From Mizuhopecten yessoensis (Eukaryota), in assembly GCF_002113885.1 (NCBI RefSeq), contig NW_018408310.1, positions 184,201-248,200 of the forward strand: DNA of 64,000 nucleotides, given 5' to 3'. Under the pieces are notes generated by a model. The model was not told where the DNA came from, ran no database searches, and saw only the letters and a list, made by a program, of their open reading frames with translations. The position numbers were made by a program, and so were the translations under genes. The stretch's first letter is position 1, and each line of letters begins with the position of its first letter. Below are positions 1 through 13,300 of the stretch, one piece after another.

Positions 1-1788
1 TGGTATGTATTGGATAGATAAAAACGCAGGTATGTTTACATATTGTTTCTGTGGTATGGTTATATAGAGTCAACATTATCTTACTGCCTCACATCGATCA
101 CTATACTGCTGTATAGTGATCAGTGTGAGGAAGTTTACCCAGTGTGAGTAGCCGGTGCGACAGCATAAATGTAGTGAGGTGTACTAGGTGATCGTCGGGT
201 ACTGATAACCCTAAGTCTGTCATCAGTATATTTCGATAACAAGACTATCGGGGAATAGATAGGACACAGACATTACTGATTGTATCTCTATTATCATACT
301 CTATTTCCCCTGTCAACTATTTTGAATTGCCTTTCCTGTCTATGTACTTATAAATCGCTTTTCTTTATTCATATAATCCTTGTGGAGCTTTTATGTAAAT
401 AATTAATTCCATTGTATTCTATATCAATAGTGAAATATACTGTATTATTACTTTATGAACATGATCAAACTGGGTAGAAGTTATTTATTTAAGGAATAAC
501 CAAGCAATTTTTTTTTGTGGTTAGACCGTATCCAATTTTGTGCACTTTGCATTAATCCGCAAAGTGCTTTATGCCAAATAGTTCATAGTTTAGGTATGTA
601 AGGTACTCCTAATAATTTCTTTTGAAAGACACTTTCCCTTTGCAAAATCAATTGATATATAGTTTTGCTTCACAACAAAATAAATACTGTGCACTTATTA
701 TTTTTTGCCATTTTTCGATAGATCTGATTCGCAATTGACCTCCGAAAGCTGATTGTGACGTCATGATTTATTTTTCCCTTTGAAGATTTCTCATTTCTTT
801 CCGTGTGTCATCTGTCATACACTAGGAGGTGACAGAGACATTTTTAACTGGTCAAAAGGGAGGCTACTCATTGAAAGGATGGAGTAAAGCTTACCGCATG
901 TTAAATGTTGTTGATATTCCGATCATGTTATGTCCTACTGTTATATATGTGATCATATAACATACCACATTTTTTCGTCAGTAAGTTACAAATCAAGTGT
1001 ATGATAGTCTTATGTACATATCTATTGTTTTGTACGTAATATATACCTAGACATATCTATGATAACAATGTGCCATCAGAGTCGAACAATATGGTCTGAT
1101 ATTACTTTTCTCAGATAAATAACAAAAATATTTATATCAGGTGTTTGTTCCATTCATTAATTATTTACAATATTTGGTTTCTATGTCATGCAACCTTACC
1201 AGCCAAGAAAATAGGTATTAACACTATTTGACGTGGGAGAATAGATTCAACAGTCATACGCTTGTGTAATAGGGTAGACTAGATAACGAACTCGAACAAA
1301 ATGGTTTGCCGATCTGACGTTATACATTGCGCCACAATACACGCAAACAATCACATTTGTTGCATATTTACTTATCATTAAATATATAAATATGCATAAA
1401 GTCGTGCATACCGTTGGAGATATTTTGAACCAAGATATATTGTAAACACATAACACAACTCGTTACATTCGACTGGAAAGAGTTTCACTAGTAATTGTTA
1501 ATGTCATGTTTTCTTTGTGCACTTTCAATTTCCGTCCTTTTTTTCACGAACAAGAGGTTAAATTTAACACATGGATGAAATATTTCACTTAAGAATTTCA
1601 TTGTGTACATTTACAGTTTGTCTTATTTCTGTCTTACATAAATACAAGTGTCCTATCCTCATATACATTAACTTCCTTACACATACATGTATAGCCAGTA
1701 GCTATGTGTATGGAAGTTTTTTTCTGAAACCTGTAATCACTTTCCAAATGTTAGCAAAATGTTATTCAGCTAATATCATATAATGGCA

Positions 1789-2289
1789 TTTATTATCCCC
1801 CCACCTTCACCGAAACGGGGGATATTAATTTGGGTTTGTCCGTCTGTCTGTCTGTCCGATTTTCTTCAAACTTGGTCACAGGGTTAAATGCCTTAAGGGC
1901 TCGACTAAATTCGATGACCACTTTCAGCGGACCCTATTTGGCGGAGTTATGGCCCCTTGAACAACGAAAAACGTCATTATCTGCTGCGTTTCGTTTCCGT
2001 ACAATAACTACAACAAATGTTAATTGATTTTCTTCAAACTTTGTACCAGGGTTAAATGTCTTAAGGGCTCGACCAAGTGTGATGACCCCTTTAATCGGAC
2101 TCCATTTGGCAGAGTCATTATCTGCAGTTTCCGCTTAATAACTCGAGCAAATATTAGATAAGGGTATTTTGCAAGCTATACATTATGTCTCAACAGCACG
2201 ATACTCACTTGTTTAAACCTAACCTCAATAATATTTACCTACAATGTGTCCTGAAAGCGGGGGATATAAATTCCACGAATTTGCATGTT
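1789..2289 (+). mobile_element. HINE/DINE-1-like (Helentron-associated) non-autonomous element
   Basis: 5' TTATTATCCCCC..GGGGGATATT short inverted repeat, (GTCY)n microsatellite at ~1837-1857, two ~170-bp tandem units (from ~1858 and ~2027), 3' GGGGGATATA subterminal repeat, small hairpin AAATTC-CAC-GAATTT, TT end. This layout matches HINE architecture. Confidence 0.7.
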
Positions 2290-3619
2290 AACTTTATTAT
2301 ATATCCCAATGGCTTTTCTTTTATCACTGAATCGTTTACGCTCATCCATGAATATAACATAAATTTGCGAGCATCCTGAATGTTTGTTTGTTTGCATGAG
2401 TCTCGTTAACATGAATTAAACTTTGAAGCAATTAATATCAGATTTGTTCGAAGCTCACTTTCCCTTTTTATATTCCATCCCTTCTGTACTGTACGATGTG
2501 ATCAAATACCATTATATAGATACAATTAGTTTAAATACAGAGGATATTAAATAGTAGGGTAAACCATTGAATTTTCCCTTAATAACATTTTCCAGAGTAT
2601 CTGCAATATATCAAATATGAAATGCATTAAAAACTTTTGGAAATCTACAAAAGTAATCTTTGGTGCCATGGTTTAATAATGTCACGCTTGACAACAATGC
2701 TATGAGTCATTGTTAATCAGCAACTCATTGTAATTCTACCGGGTTTTTTTACTATCTGTTTAGGTTTACTTGAAGACATGTAATTAAATGGTTGATTGCT
2801 TTCATACGTTTGGTTGATGAGGAAAGATGTACCAAAACAATCACTTATTCTATCGTCACTTTTTCTGCATCCGAACAACAGGAAATCTGCAGCATAGAAT
2901 GCAGGGAACGGAAAGTACCGTTCTTTTTGGTCAATACTAAATGTGATATATTCACATTGCGTATCAAGTTTACAGAATCCAATAAAATCACCAGATGATC
3001 CAAGGTGTACCAGGATAAAAAGACATAAGACTTTCATTATTTTATGCCAAATATTTACTCAAATATCATTATAACATAAACGTATGGCACATGGACATTG
3101 ATTATTTGCTTTAATGATATCTATTAATCTTATTATCCTTTCGAGGAAATGTGATATACAGATATGTAACAAATTTAATAATTAAGTCATTAATAATTTA
3201 ATTTCACTGTTACAAAATATTCTATAAATCTTCAAATAAACTTGACAGTAACCTTGTAACTTAAATCTATTCTGAGAATGTTTACATTAAATACTATCTG
3301 TTCAGCATAGGTTGTATAATACAAAGTTATAATTGTTTTATATGAATCGTCCTGTTTTGCAGTATTACTTAATAGAATCCGAAATACTTTGGAAATCAAT
3401 GTAATTACAATTGATCTCAGTTTCCACTAAATATCCTAGGAGGACGAAATGTTCATATGGTATAGTAACATTATTTCATTGTGCTCATTCGGCCTTAGTT
3501 AATAATTCTAGCGCTCGTTTTATATTCGGAACAATTATAATTCCTCCCTGTATATGTATTCGCTATACTGATGAATTTGTTTGTGCTTATGTTAACCATT
3601 TCCGGTCAAAAGGTAGTCA

Positions 3620-4819
3620 CTAGTTCCAGACATTTGGGCCGTGACTCTCCTCAACTCTGGCCCTAGGCCCGTGTCCATTGGACGTGTCAGTAATGAAAAT
3701 ATCTATATCATGTAGGTCCATACCGTCACTGTCACTGTCGGAGCACGGTCTAACAATAACTATAGGTGACACAGCATTTGCTGAAGATTGATTTCGAGGC
3801 TGAGGTGGTACAGCTTCTTCACTTTCCTGCTTGAATTTGCGTTCTAAACGATCGGCTAGTTCCATGAAATTTGGATACCAACAGAAAAAGGTCCTTAAGA
3901 AATATATACGACTCTCTTTGAATACAAATACAAATACAGTCGTGGTAATGATATATGAAACTTGAAAAGCAGTATGGTAAAGTTCTGCATAAATCAACAC
4001 CACACTATCAGCGCTTAAAGGATTATCATTCACGAGCGATAAAAGAAATGAAACTGCCAGTGGACAGCAGGTGAAAAACACAATCACCACTATTGCAAAC
4101 ATGACGATGGGAGTGTGGTACAAGTTCAAGGGCAATCCATTGCTGTGTCCATTTGTTGGCACATCAACAGGCACAACCAATCTGTCACCTCGTATCTTCT
4201 TAGCGACAACAAAGACACACATCAAGGAAATAAATGCACAATGGGAGAACATTAAACAGATAAGTATTTTTTCCAATCTGAAATCATTATAGATTGATGC
4301 AACACAGTTTCCACTGTATTCGTTCCGAGCAAATGGAATCCATGCGCAGATTTGTATTATCAGCCATATTGTAACACAGCGCGCTATGGTGGTCTCCTTA
4401 GTAACGTGTATTATATACCAGGTCACATAGTGTACAGCTAACATCCGGTCAACAGCCATGCAGGTCACGACCCCAATAGAGACACCCACGACTTCAGTTA
4501 AACCAACCAACACTGCGTTACAATAATAGGGGAACAATACCAGTCCCGAGTGTAAAACAATCGATCGACTTATGATAATCCATACCGAATACATCCATTG
4601 TATCAGAAGTAAATTGTATACCAGAATCTTGATCTGTGGGACGATATTTCGACAACGGTAAAGTGTCACAGAGGCAACTGTGTTGATGGTCAGTGAACAA
4701 ATAGCAACGGTCAGATCTGCAATACTGACCAACGCCCTGACGAGTAAGGCGTCCCCCATCGTAATGCACGGAGCACCTGCTCCAAACAGCGAGTTCAAGT
4801 ACTGTTCATATGCGTGCAT
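3620..4819 (-). CDS. Intronless rhodopsin-like (class A) GPCR, orphan/divergent
   Basis: ~399-aa ORF from the first in-frame ATG (4819). Seven hydrophobic segments, Cys at the top of TM3 (YYCNAV), TM3-end MAVDRMLAV (DRY-like), ECL2 Cys (SGNCVAS), TM6 FFTCCPL, polar C-tail. The start codon is uncertain; the track start at 4837 is TTG. Confidence 0.85.
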   Translation of the reverse strand: MHAYEQYLNSLFGAGAPCITMGDALLVRALVSIADLTVAICSLTINTVASVTLYRCRNIVPQIKILVYNLLLIQWMYSVWIIISRSIVLHSGLVLFPYYCNAVLVGLTEVVGVSIGVVTCMAVDRMLAVHYVTWYIIHVTKETTIARCVTIWLIIQICAWIPFARNEYSGNCVASIYNDFRLEKILICLMFSHCAFISLMCVFVVAKKIRGDRLVVPVDVPTNGHSNGLPLNLYHTPIVMFAIVVIVFFTCCPLAVSFLLSLVNDNPLSADSVVLIYAELYHTAFQVSYIITTTVFVFVFKESRIYFLRTFFCWYPNFMELADRLERKFKQESEEAVPPQPRNQSSANAVSPIVIVRPCSDSDSDGMDLHDIDIFITDTSNGHGPRARVEESHGPNVWN

Positions 4820-6369
4820 ACACTCTCGTGTTACCAAGACATGATACCACTTAGATGATTAAATCACACTATACAAGGATGCTTGACAACACTTCTTGGT
4901 TGAAAAATGGTTTCGAGTAATCCCTAGATGGTGGCACAGATTTTTTTATTGCACAACTTGGTTAATTAGTCACTTTATTGTACAATTTTTTGTATTGAAC
5001 AGAAGCAAAATATTGACCATTATAAAAACAGATCATTCAAATTAAAAAAAAAATTATTGCAATATTTTGGTTCTATTTTAAAAGTCTTCAACTAAATACT
5101 TCTGCCCACTGCTACGTCTGATGAAGGAACAGTAAAATGACAGTTCTATCACCATTGGTTACCATAAATGAGGTACATACAGTATTTAGTACAATAATAT
5201 TGCCAACTGTTATCATCATAAAGACATATTACTTTCTTCACCTTTAATGAGGATGCTGTTACCTACATGAATCCTGATTTTGTCGCAAAAATAATGACTA
5301 GGACCTATAATATATTGTGATATGCAAAAGCAAGACGTCCGGTTTAATAATATAATGTATTCTGTGACTTTACTTGGTCATCATTCACAGCTGAAAATCA
5401 CATTCAAAAAATTATATTTGCAACAGGTTAGATAACACAGATTTTGTTTGAATTAAAAAGAAGACGATAATGTATCATTCCCATTTTGTCCTACATCAAT
5501 GTTGAATTCTTTGTACAATAATCTGATACATGCTTTTATTATGATATTTTGTTGGAAGGCTAATCGATACCTCGAAGCCTCTTGATGACAGATTTTCGGT
5601 TCATTCTCTTTGAATAAAATCTGTCTCCCCTTTTCTTCAGGTATTGTCATCTTGTATGGCTTGTTTTTTTTTTTTTTATATAAAGATGCATATTTTCCAG
5701 ATGTTTCACCAATGCCACTCAAAGATTGAAATAGGAAATGGTATACTGTTAAATAATATTTCAAAAATAACACCATTGTGCCATAACCTGAGGAGGGAAT
5801 CTGAACTCAAAGCGGATACAAACACACAACAACAGGAACCGAGCTCGAGGTGACACAAGAACTAATGGACAACATCAAGAACCGGAGGCGACACCTGGTG
5901 CACCGGAAGGGTAGGCGTTTTTTTTTTTATCACATTAAGAACTCGTCATATTAAATTTATGTTGTGAATGAGGACCTTTCCTACTGAAAGATGTTTTCCT
6001 TATTCTGAAATTTAATAAAAATCAATAATTAGCAATTATGAAAACATCAGATGTAGTTGAGACAGATTTTTTTTTTTTTTCAACTGCGATTTTATCACAA
6101 TACGTTGGGAAGTTACAATATGTAATAAAACAACAGATTTTTTCTCATATACATATACTAGTAGGACTTCAGGTTACTACGAGACATTAAATGTAGCAAA
6201 GGACTAAAATGAAATAACTTTTTAGTATACAAATATTGCTTAACCTATTAATATATAATTCATGTGTGTCGAAGCGTGTGTAAGAATGTGTATCATTCAC
6301 ACTCGAACTCATCTCAGTTATAATCCCGGTTGTAACGGATGCAAGGACGTAGTCCCCGGATGTATCTGA

Positions 6370-6434
6370 TGACACGTTATTTATATACCTCCATTTATGG
6401 ATGTAAATATAACTTTCAGCAGAACGAAACGAAG
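6370..6434 (+). promoter_or_regulatory. Putative core promoter and short non-coding first exon
   Basis: TATTTATA at 6378-6385 and a consensus donor GAAG|GTAAGT at 6434/6435, upstream of the leader exon at 6820-6885. Confidence 0.5.
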
Positions 6435-6834
6435 GTAAGTGCGTTGACTTTTCAAATAGAAAACAAACTTTAGAATTAAAATGTATTGTTTTATTGTTAA
6501 TTTTTACTTACTGTGCATGCTTTCTAATGTTTATAAAAGGCGTCCTTTGTAATCAGAAATAGAAATACAATGTGACTGTTTGCTTGCGTTTTAATTTGTA
6601 TACAGTTATGCATGTTTAAGCAACTAAAAAAAGCTTCATTATACAAATTACTATCTTATAAATGTTGATTTTCTTCTATTTGGAAACTATATGTTTAGGT
6701 ACAGTGGGTGTACAGGGCTTTCGCTTTGTTTAAAATGTTGCTGGTCGTTGGTATATTTGATTTGTTGGCGGTGATTAGTATTTCATCGGTTGTTAAAGAT
6801 ATTCCTTTCTTATTTTCAGATTCTTATAATTGAG

Positions 6835-6885
6835 ATGTTGACCGTAATTGCTGTACTCAGTTCTGTCCTCGCTTGCCATGCACAG
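6835..6885 (+). CDS. Orphan signal-peptide exon (MLTVIAVLSSVLACHAQ), probable leader of gene C
   Basis: Acceptor tattttcag|6820, ATG at 6835, 17 codons, donor CAG|GTAGGT, phase 0. Same coding length (51 nt, ending in Gln) as the leader exons of D and E. No DOMON exon found between 6885 and the gene A promoter. Confidence 0.7.
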
Positions 6886-7452
6886 GTAGGTGAATTTCTA
6901 ACGTAACTAACAAGAATCTTATAATATCACCTACAATGTCATTATGGATGGTTTTCTACATCTTACAGCGATCTGGTCAGTGATACATGTTATTATACCC
7001 ATTGCAATAAGAACCTAAACGTAAAAGGTTATAACATCGAAATTCAATAACTCTGTTCTGGAAGGACACCAGTCTATAAAAGGAGTACTACCAGTGTGCT
7101 TGCACAACTAGACAGATTAAATCAATGGGCAGTAACATAATCACAGAATATTAGTTATACCAAAGGAGATAGGACAACAAAAAACCGACTTCTTAGCAAC
7201 TGCATTATGGTTTTTGAGACCAGTGGCAAACCTTTTGCATCCACAGCGAAATAAGTGTAATGATTCTTTATTTCCGACTTTCAAAGATATCCCCTTGTAG
7301 TATTTTACATGCCCATACACTATTTATATAACATTGATATTCATTTAGTATTTTACATTTAAGATTGTTACAGGTTGGCAGCAAGATAATTGACTTGTAA
7401 ATGCATTTGTTCAGGTATTAATTGACTTTGTTCTAGCAATATTTCAGACAGG

Positions 7453-7953
7453 ACATCTAGCAAGGGTCCGAGATAAAGGTAGATTTACATCTAGCAAGGG
7501 TCCTAGATACAGGTAGATTTACATCTAGCAAGGGTCCCAGATACAGGTAGATTCACATCTAGCAAGGGTCCCAGATACAGGTATATTCACATCTAGCAAG
7601 GGTCCCAGATACAGGTATATTCCCATCTAGGAAGGGTCCCAGATACAGGTAGATTCACATATAGCAAGGGTCCCAGATACAGGTATATTTACATCTAGCA
7701 AGGGTCCCAGATACAGGTAGATTCACATCTAGCAAGGGTCCCAGAAACAGGTAGATTTACATCTAGCAAGGGTCCCAGATAAGGTAGATTTACATCTAGC
7801 AAGGGTCCCAGATACATGTAGATTCACATCTAGCAAGGTTCCCAGATACAGGTAGATTCACATCTAGCAAGGGTCCCAGATACAGGTAGATTTACATCTA
7901 GCAAGGGTCCCAGCTACAGGTAGATTAACTTCTAGCAAGCGTCCCAAAATACA
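7453..7953. repeat. 34-bp minisatellite, ~15 copies
   Basis: Unit ACATCTAGCAAGGGTCCCAGATACAGGTAGATTY, with starts at 7453, 7487, 7521, 7555 and onward. Confidence 0.95.
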
Positions 7954-8738
7954 TTGAAAGAATATATTATATTGTTCAAAAGAAGATTCAACCTATCAGA
8001 CAAACTCAAGAAATAGTTACTGATTTTAACTTTTTATTACGTGTCATGTAATGACTTATGATTTCAACCGTATAACAAGTACCAGGACATTGACCCCAGT
8101 AATACCTGTCATTACCGAAACTGTTACTTAATAGAAAGAAAAACAAATTTGAATTACGAAAAAAACTATCTGCAATCTGTTGACAAAGTGAAAACTTCGC
8201 CAACTGGTAACTTGGGTTTTTTATGAGATATGATATACTCATATTGGATTGATTCTTCTTTTTGTATAAAATACACCCCTTAACTGATTTCCTGACTGAC
8301 CCAGCTGCATTTTGCTTTTATTTGTCCCTATTCATTTAACCTGTTAAAATACTTTAAAGATGAAAATCAAAAATAGATATTCTCCAAACATCTTATATTA
8401 ACAGTGTGTAAAATCACTGAGGTTTCTATATGAACAACAGTATTTAAACAAAAGCTATTGAATCTATAAGGTCAAACATTTAAATTAACGAGAAATATAC
8501 ATATGGTAATATCTAAAATAGTACACCGGGGTTAAAGTATTGATAGGTTGATGGGTATTATCACTTCAGTATAAGGTAGATTGGGGAAGGTGTCTGTATG
8601 TTTACCGAAAATAGCAGGGTAAACTGAGATGTCCAATCAGTTTTCTTACTAATATGCGTTGAGAAAATTATGCTTAAATTGGGACGTTTACCTAGCATAC
8701 TCTGTCTTCATGTAAAAAGAGTGGTCAGTCTTAAATTT

Positions 8739-9082
8739 GGAGGCACGGTAGTCTAGTGGTAGGGCGCCGGGTTCGCGATCGAAGGTACGCGGGTTCGAGT
8801 CACGGCATGGCACTGTGTTGTATCTTTTAGCAAGATACTTTACTCCGCTTGTTCCAATCTACTCAGCTGTAAATGAGTACGTGGTTGGGCAGTGCTAGAA
8901 TTGTAGAATGCTAGCTGTGAGTGCCGAAATAGCAGTACCGGGGGGTTGAGAAAGATATTGGCTGGTTGCAAAGGCCCTATCACCACGGATAATAATATGT
9001 AAACCGCTTTGAGACGACCTACGAACTAGGTTGTGATAAAGCGGTATATAAGAACCTCTAAATATTATTATTATTATCATTA
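8739..9082 (+). mobile_element. Full-length tRNA-derived SINE
   Basis: A box TAGTCTAGTGG, B box GGTTCGAGTC, central ACTCAGCTGTAAATGAGTAC, (ATT)n tail. Partial copies at 18855-18985 and 48910-49091. Confidence 0.85.
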
Positions 9083-9889
9083 ATTACTGAGCCGGAACAT
9101 TCCTCTCAATATACCGACCTGGTCGGACAGCTGTGTATACATCCGTCTTAGTAAAGTGTTACAAACGATAGCCTCATAGACACCATTTGAGATAATAACG
9201 TCAGGTTAGTAGACAAAAACGTGATGTCAAATGAATACTCAGTTTAATTAGATACATGTTCTCACTTAATTTGTCCTTATGTACATACATCATTTCCTGG
9301 TGGGATGTTACTCTTATGTGTATGCAGAGACAGTTGATTGTTATACAGGGATAACTTAATGATGTCTTTATATAATGTCCCTTCAAAAAAAAAATCAAAG
9401 CAAAAGGCTATACGTTATGTTACTGGTAACTTTTGTAATTAAAAGATATTATATTTTCTTAAAGTGGTGTCAACGTGATAAGAAAAACTGAAAAGAAAAT
9501 GTGCATTTCATTAGCTATTCCTTTCCGAAAACATGCTACGCAAGTCTGCCTAAACCTCTAATAAATCTGCAACACTCATCCCGTCATTCTAGCATTATGT
9601 GTGTCTGTATGTGTGACATGCGTGATACCAAAAATCTATTATTTATCAATTAAATACACATAGTTTTAACATTTAATTATCAGAAATGCAGTAAATATTT
9701 TCAACTTAAAAACAAATGATTTCGACACCAAATAGACTCGAGACCTTTTCCAAACTAAATGCGTCGACTGGCAATATGCAAATCGTATGTAGCTTCAGTT
9801 AACTCTTGTATAAATTTAAAGATATTAAAAGTCAACAAAGTCTTCGAATATCTTCTAGTTTTTAAGTTGTATGCTAAAAGCATGTTTAT

Positions 9890-10033
9890 GATTGACGTTG
9901 GAAACGGAAATATGAACGGAAGTTTGTCTCACTTCGGAAGCTGCTTTTGTCATAACGGTATTTAAGTGTAGGCTGCTAATCTGTATAATGCAGTGTGTCA
10001 TATAGCAGCGAAGAGGAAACGTAAAAAGTAAAG
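9890..10033 (+). promoter_or_regulatory. Promoter and non-coding exon 1 of gene A
   Basis: Strongly conserved with 19558-19701. GGAA motifs, TATTTAAG at 9959, donor AAAG|GTAGGT at 10033. Confidence 0.65.
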
Positions 10034-10375
10034 GTAGGTATCATACATAAACTTCTAAACATTTATATTACGCTTGACATATTAGCAAAGGAATCTCACT
10101 TTAGAGATGCTTGTAAAGTGTTTTTAAACATTTTATTGTCATAATAAATTCAAAATCAAAACAGAATATCATTAATCTGAATATTGTACGGAGGTCGACT
10201 TTGAAACGCCCAATTTTTGACAAAGTACCTTGATTGGAAACGTTTCAGGAAGGCAGACAAATTAAATAATCATGGTAAGAGGAATGAAAACTATGAAGTA
10301 TGTGGATATATTTTTTACGGTAATACGATTAAACGAATTTGCCTGAAAAATTTAATAGTGAAACCTTTGTTGCAG

Positions 10376-13300
10376 ATGTTCCAAGCAACCATCATTGTCG
10401 CATTGACGTGTCTTCATCTATCGGTACGTATCAGATGTGTTGTTGTGTTAAAAATATTATATTAAGTCGATAAGTGGGCATCTTTATCATTATCAGGTTT
10501 TTGCTAAGGGGTGATTTTTTTCTGTCGAAGAAAACATTTTTCTCATGATTATCATATATAATATTAACAATATATAACAACAAAATATCAACGAAACTGA
10601 GTACAGTTATATTCATAACGAAATGCTGAGGCATAGACATAGCTTGAGCTGGTTAAAGTTTTGGTATTTTCTCCATCTCTTGAATGATATAATGTAGTTT
10701 AATCAGAAAAAAGGGAATTGTGATCTTTTCGAAAAGATTATAACGAAGGTCATTGCTCTCGTTTAATATGGCAAATATCCAATGATAAAACATGGATAAC
10801 ACACAGGAAGTCATCAACATGATATGCACGTATTTCCGCATACCGACATGCATTGCCATAGAAACCTAGTGTCTCATGTTGTTAATGTGAATACGATTCG
10901 GATAGTGTGGATATTTTGTCAATTTGTATTGACTAAACAATCGCGAAAGAAAACAGATACGGATAATATTACACTATAAAATGCAGAATTGAATATGCAA
11001 AAAGAAAATGCAAAATACAAAATACGATAAGAAAACGCCAATATTTGCATCTGCAGGCATATCCAATATGTTACCTGGTTCTAAGGACCACATAAGTAAC
11101 GTTATGACGAGGCGTCTGTTGTCCTTCATCTTTCTGTCTTCAGTCGTTCATTCGAGATTTCCATAATGATACGATTAGTGCTTAGTGCTTTTCATCATCA
11201 TACGATAAGCGCTTAGTGCTTTCCATCATGATACGATTAGTGTTTAGTGCTTTCCATCATGATACGATTAGTACTTAGTGCTTTCCATCATGATATGACT
11301 AGTGCTTAGTGCTTTCCATCATGATGCGATAAGCGCTTAGTGCTTTCCATCATGATACGATTAGCGCTTAGTGCTTTCCATCATTATACGATTAGTGCTT
11401 AGTGCTTTCCGTCATGATACGATAAGCGCTTAGTGCTTACATCATGATACGATTAGTGCTTAGTGTTTCCATCATGATACGATTAGCGCTTAGGGCTTTC
11501 CATCATGATACGATTAGTGCTTAGTGCTTTCCATCATGATACGATTAGTGCTTAGTGCTTTCCATCATGGTACGATTAGTGCTTAGTGCTTTCCATCATA
11601 ATACGATTAGTGCTTAGTGCTTTCCATTATGATTAGTGCTTAATTACACGTGGATCATCCCCTGGTGAAGGAAATTTAATGTTGAATAAGGAAACGTATG
11701 GCCGTCTGAAGAAGGGTAAAGAGGTGAACACTCCTGAGTGAATGATGTTTTCACCTATTCCGTCTTTGCGTATTGCAGAGTTATCTTCTCTTGGGAGTAG
11801 GTATTGATTGTTACGTCATTGGTTTGTGTGAGAAAATTACGTCGTTTTCTCAAAAATTGATTACGTTACTCTCACAAACAAGTGACGTAACAATCAATAC
11901 CTGCTCCCAAGAGCAGATAACTCTGCATTACGCAAAGACTGAATTAGGCATCGGGGATGCATTAAACAAGACATTGCTGGAAGTATAAATGAAAGGGATG
12001 TCTCTCTGAGGGCAATGGGATAGGACGTAAATAAATCCTTTAAAACATTTATCCTTTTAACAGAATTGATGATATTCTAATTGCAGTTGATTTTCGCCGT
12101 AATTACTCCCGACCCACAATGTGGAAGTACTAAGGGTTGCTACCCCCCGACCTGTCCCGTAGGTGGATGCAAAGATTTTCACCTTCGCTGGGAGGACGCT
12201 GCGGAATACATAAGGTTCAAGATGGTGGCTTCAGTTCCATCAACGGGGAACGTCTGGGCAGCTATAGGCTTCTCAAAGGACAACCAAATGGTAGGTCAGC
12301 TTAAGTAGATGGGAAAGGATCATATACAGAAAAGAAAAAGAAAAGAAGATTTTGTTTTGTTCTGTTTAACCGCAGAAAAATGCATCTTTATAGTAGTTCA
12401 TTGTTAATAACAGAACAGTGTCAATTTGATTTACAATTTTATGACATGAAATGCTATTAAAGTTGGAAATATGTATATGATAGCGTCTGCCTATTATGAT
12501 ATCTATAGTTATGTCTGTCTGTCTGTCTATGATAATGTCTGGCTATGGATTTGTTTGTCTATGATACAGTCTGTCTATGGTACAGTCTGGCTATGGTTTT
12601 GTCTGTCTATGGTACAGTCTGGCTATGGTTTTGTCTGTATCTGGTAATGTCTGGCTATGGTTTTGTCCGTATATGGTAATGTGTGGCTATGGTTATATCT
12701 TAGGTAACGTTTTTGTTTAGCCATTGTTTTTTCTGTCTATGGTACAGTCTGTCTAAGGTTATGTCTATCTTTTGGTTTGTCTGTCTAAGGTACAGACTGT
12801 CTAAGGATATGTCTATCTATTGGTTTGTCTGTCTATGGTACAGTCTCTCTAAGGTTATGTCTATCTTTTTCTTTGTCTGTCTATGGTACAGTCTGTCTAA
12901 TGTTATGTCTATCTTTTGGTTTGTCTGTCCATGGTACAGTTGGTCTAAGGTTATGTCTATCGTTTTGGTTTGTCTGTCTATGGTACAGTCTGTCTAAGGT
13001 TATGTCTTTCTATTGGTTTGTCTGTCTATGGTACACTCTGTCTAAGGTTATGTCTATCTATTGGGTTGTCTGTCTATGGTACAGTCTGTCTAATGTTATG
13101 TCTATCTTTTGGTTTGTCTGTCTAAGGTACAGACTGTCTAAGGATATGTCTATCTATTGGTTTGTCTGTCTATGGTACATTCGGTCTAAGGTTATGTCTA
13201 TCTTTTGGTTTGTCTGTCTATGGTACAGTCGGTCTAAGGGTATGTCTTTCTTTTGGTTTGTCTGTCTATGGGACAGTCTGTCTAAGGTTATGTCTATCTT

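Noticed and set aside
2717-3037. 106-aa ORF with a hydrophobic N-terminus (MKVLCLFILVHLGSSG)
   Set aside because: Signal-like start and some Cys, but no recognisable domain or splice support. It could be a real exon; not supportable here.
8739-8812. tRNA gene
   Set aside because: The tRNA-like head continues into a SINE body and (ATT)n tail, with other copies in the window. The same applies to 49020-49091 and 33832-33901.
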